Below the pieces are notes generated by a model that was not told the origin of the DNA, searched no databases, and was given only the letters and a program-made list of their open reading frames with translations. This document shows positions 61,632 to 64,000 of a stretch of DNA of 64,000 nucleotides, piece after piece (the stretch's first letter is position 1; every line of letters begins with the position of its first letter). A program made the position numbers and the translations under genes. Origin of the DNA: Nemertoderma westbladi (taxonomy: Eukaryota; Animalia; Xenacoelomorpha); contig JAUCBJ010000593.1 in NCBI GenBank assembly GCA_032718475.1, positions 1-64,000 of the forward strand. The letters are read 5' to 3'.

Positions 61632-64000
61632 TATGTGGGTAGTCAGGGAAACACACCTCCGTTATATGGTTGGTCAGGGATACACACCTCCGTTATATGG
61701 TTGGTCAGGGATACACACCTCCGTTATATGGGTAGTCAGGGAAACACACCTCCGTTATATGGGTAGTCAGGGAAACACACATCCGTTATACGGGTAGTCA
61801 GGGAAACACACCTCCGTTATATGGCTAGTCTGTAGGGAAACAGACCTCCGTTATATGGGTAGTCTGTAGGGAAACATACCTCCGTTATATGGGTAGTCAG
61901 GGAAACACACATCCGTTATACGGGTAGTCAGGGAAACACACCTCCGTTATATGGCTAGTCTGTAGGGAAACAGACCTCCGTTATATGGGTAGTCTGTAGG
62001 GAAACATACCTCCGTTATATGGGTAGTCAGGGAAACACACCTCCGTTATATGGGTAGTCTGTAGGGAAACACACCTCCGTTATATGGGTAGTCAGGGAAA
62101 CACACCTCCGTTATATGGGTAGACAGGGAAACACACCTCCGTTATATGGGTAGTCAGGGAAACACACCTCCGTTATATGGGTAGTCAGGGAAACACACAT
62201 CCGTTATACGGGTAGTCAGGGAAACACACCTCCGTTATATGGCTAGTCTGTAGGGAAACAGACCTCCGTTATATGGGTAGTCTGTAGGGAAACAGACCTC
62301 CGTTATATGGGTAGTCTGTAGGGAAACACACCTCCGTTATATGGGTAGTCTGTAGGGAAACATACCTCCGTTATATGGGTAGTCAGGGAAACACACCTCC
62401 GTTATATGGGTAGTCAAGGAAACACACCTCCGTTATATGGGTAGTCTGTAGGGAAACAGACCTCCGTTATATGGGTAGTCAGGGAAACACACCTCCGTTA
62501 TATGGGTAGTCAGGGAAACACACCTCCGTTATATGGGTAGTCAGGGAAACACACCTCCGTTATATGGGTAGTCATCTGTTGGGAAACACACCTCCGTTAT
62601 ATGGGTAGTCTGTAGGGAAACACACCTCCGTTATATGGGTAGTCTGGAGGGAAACACACCTTCGTTATATGGGTAGTCAGGGAAACACACCTCCGTTATA
62701 TGGGTAGTCAGGGAAACACACCTCCGTTATATGGGTAGTCAGGGAAACACACCTCCGATATATGGGTTGTCTGTTGGGAAACACACCTCCGTTATATGGG
62801 TAGTCTGTAGGGAAACACACCTCCGTTATATGGGTTGTCTGTAGGGAAACGCACCTCCGTTATATGGGTAGTCTGTAGGGAAACACACCTTCGTTATATG
62901 GGTAGTCAGGGAAACACACCTTCGTTATATGGGTAGTCAGGGAAACACACCTCCGTTATATGGGTAGTCTGGAGGGAAACACACCTTCGTTATATGGGTA
63001 GTCAGGGAAACACACCTCCGTTATATGGGTAGTCAGGGAAACACACCTCCGTTATATGGGTAGTCAGGGAAACACACCTCCGTTATATGGGTTGTCTGTT
63101 GGGAAACACACCTCCGTTATATGGGTAGTCTGTAGGGAAACACACCTCCGTTATATGGGTTGTCTGTAGGGAAACACACCTCCGTTATATGGGTAGTCTG
63201 TAGGGAAACACACCTCCGTTATATGGGTAGTCTGTAGGGAAACACACCTCCGTTATATGGGTAGCCTGTAGGGAAACACACCTTCGTTATATGGGTAGTC
63301 AGGCAGTCAGGGAAACACTCCTCCGTTATATGGGTAGTCAGGGAAACACACCTCCGTTATATGGGTAGTCAGGGAAACACACCTCCGTTATATGGATAGT
63401 CAGGGAAAAACACCACCGTTATATGGGTAGTCAGGGAAACACCTCCGTTATATGGGTAGTCAGGCAGTCAGGGAAACACACCCTCTTTATATGGGAGTCA
63501 GGGAAACACACCTCCGTTATATGAGTAGTCTGTAGGGAAACAGACCTCCGTTATATGGGTAGTCAGGGAAACACACCACCGTTATATGGGTAGTCAGGGA
63601 AACACACCTCCGTTATATGGGAAGTCTGTAAGGAAACACACCTCCGTTATATGGGTAGTCTGTAGGGAAACACACCTCCGTTATATGTGTTGTCTGTAGG
63701 GAAACACATCTCCTTTATATGGGTAGTCTGTAGGGAAACATACCTCCGTTATATGGGTTGTCTGTAGGGAAACACACCTCCGTTGTATGGGTAGTCTGTA
63801 GGGAAACACATCTCCTTTATATGGGTAGTCTGTAGGGAAACATACCTCCGTTATATGGGTTGTCTGTAGGGAAACACACCTCCGTTGTATGGGTAGTCTG
63901 TAGGGAAACACATCTCCTTTATATGGGTAGTCTGTAGGGAAACATACCTCCGTTTGGTTGTCTGTAGGGAAACACACCTCCGTTATATGGGTTGTCTGTA
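61632..64000. repeat. Satellite, 31/35-bp unit GGGAAACACACCTCCGTTATATGGGTAGTC(TGT)A, running off the window end
   Basis: About 70 tandem copies. Confidence 0.97.

Overview
Repeat-rich eukaryotic DNA, most likely from an invertebrate animal; roughly 40% of the window is tandem satellite arrays. The main feature is a 15,078-bp BEL/Pao-type LTR retroelement (16573..31650) inserted into a CT-rich satellite. It has TG...CA LTRs about 99% identical, a 5-bp CTCCA target-site duplication and a polypurine tract. It is non-autonomous: one intact 1525-aa ORF keeps Gag and protease, but RT, most of RNase H and the integrase are deleted in frame. Downstream it carries a ~4.2-kb accessory reading frame (26141..~30389, broken by stops and frameshifts in this copy) encoding a WRN/EXD/Mut-7-like DEDDy 3'-5' exonuclease domain followed by CCHC zinc knuckles. 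It also has two pairs of duplicated, covarying RNA structures and a cluster of perfect splice-donor motifs inside gag. The 3' end of a sister element with a diverged LTR sits at 1..1324. Host genes are an intronless head-to-head pair (PM20D2-like peptidase, PGM2-like phosphomutase) and one laminin-G-like exon. Two MITEs, four LINE RT fragments and a decayed Pao pol fragment complete the window. All domain calls come from motif recognition by eye; no database search was run.
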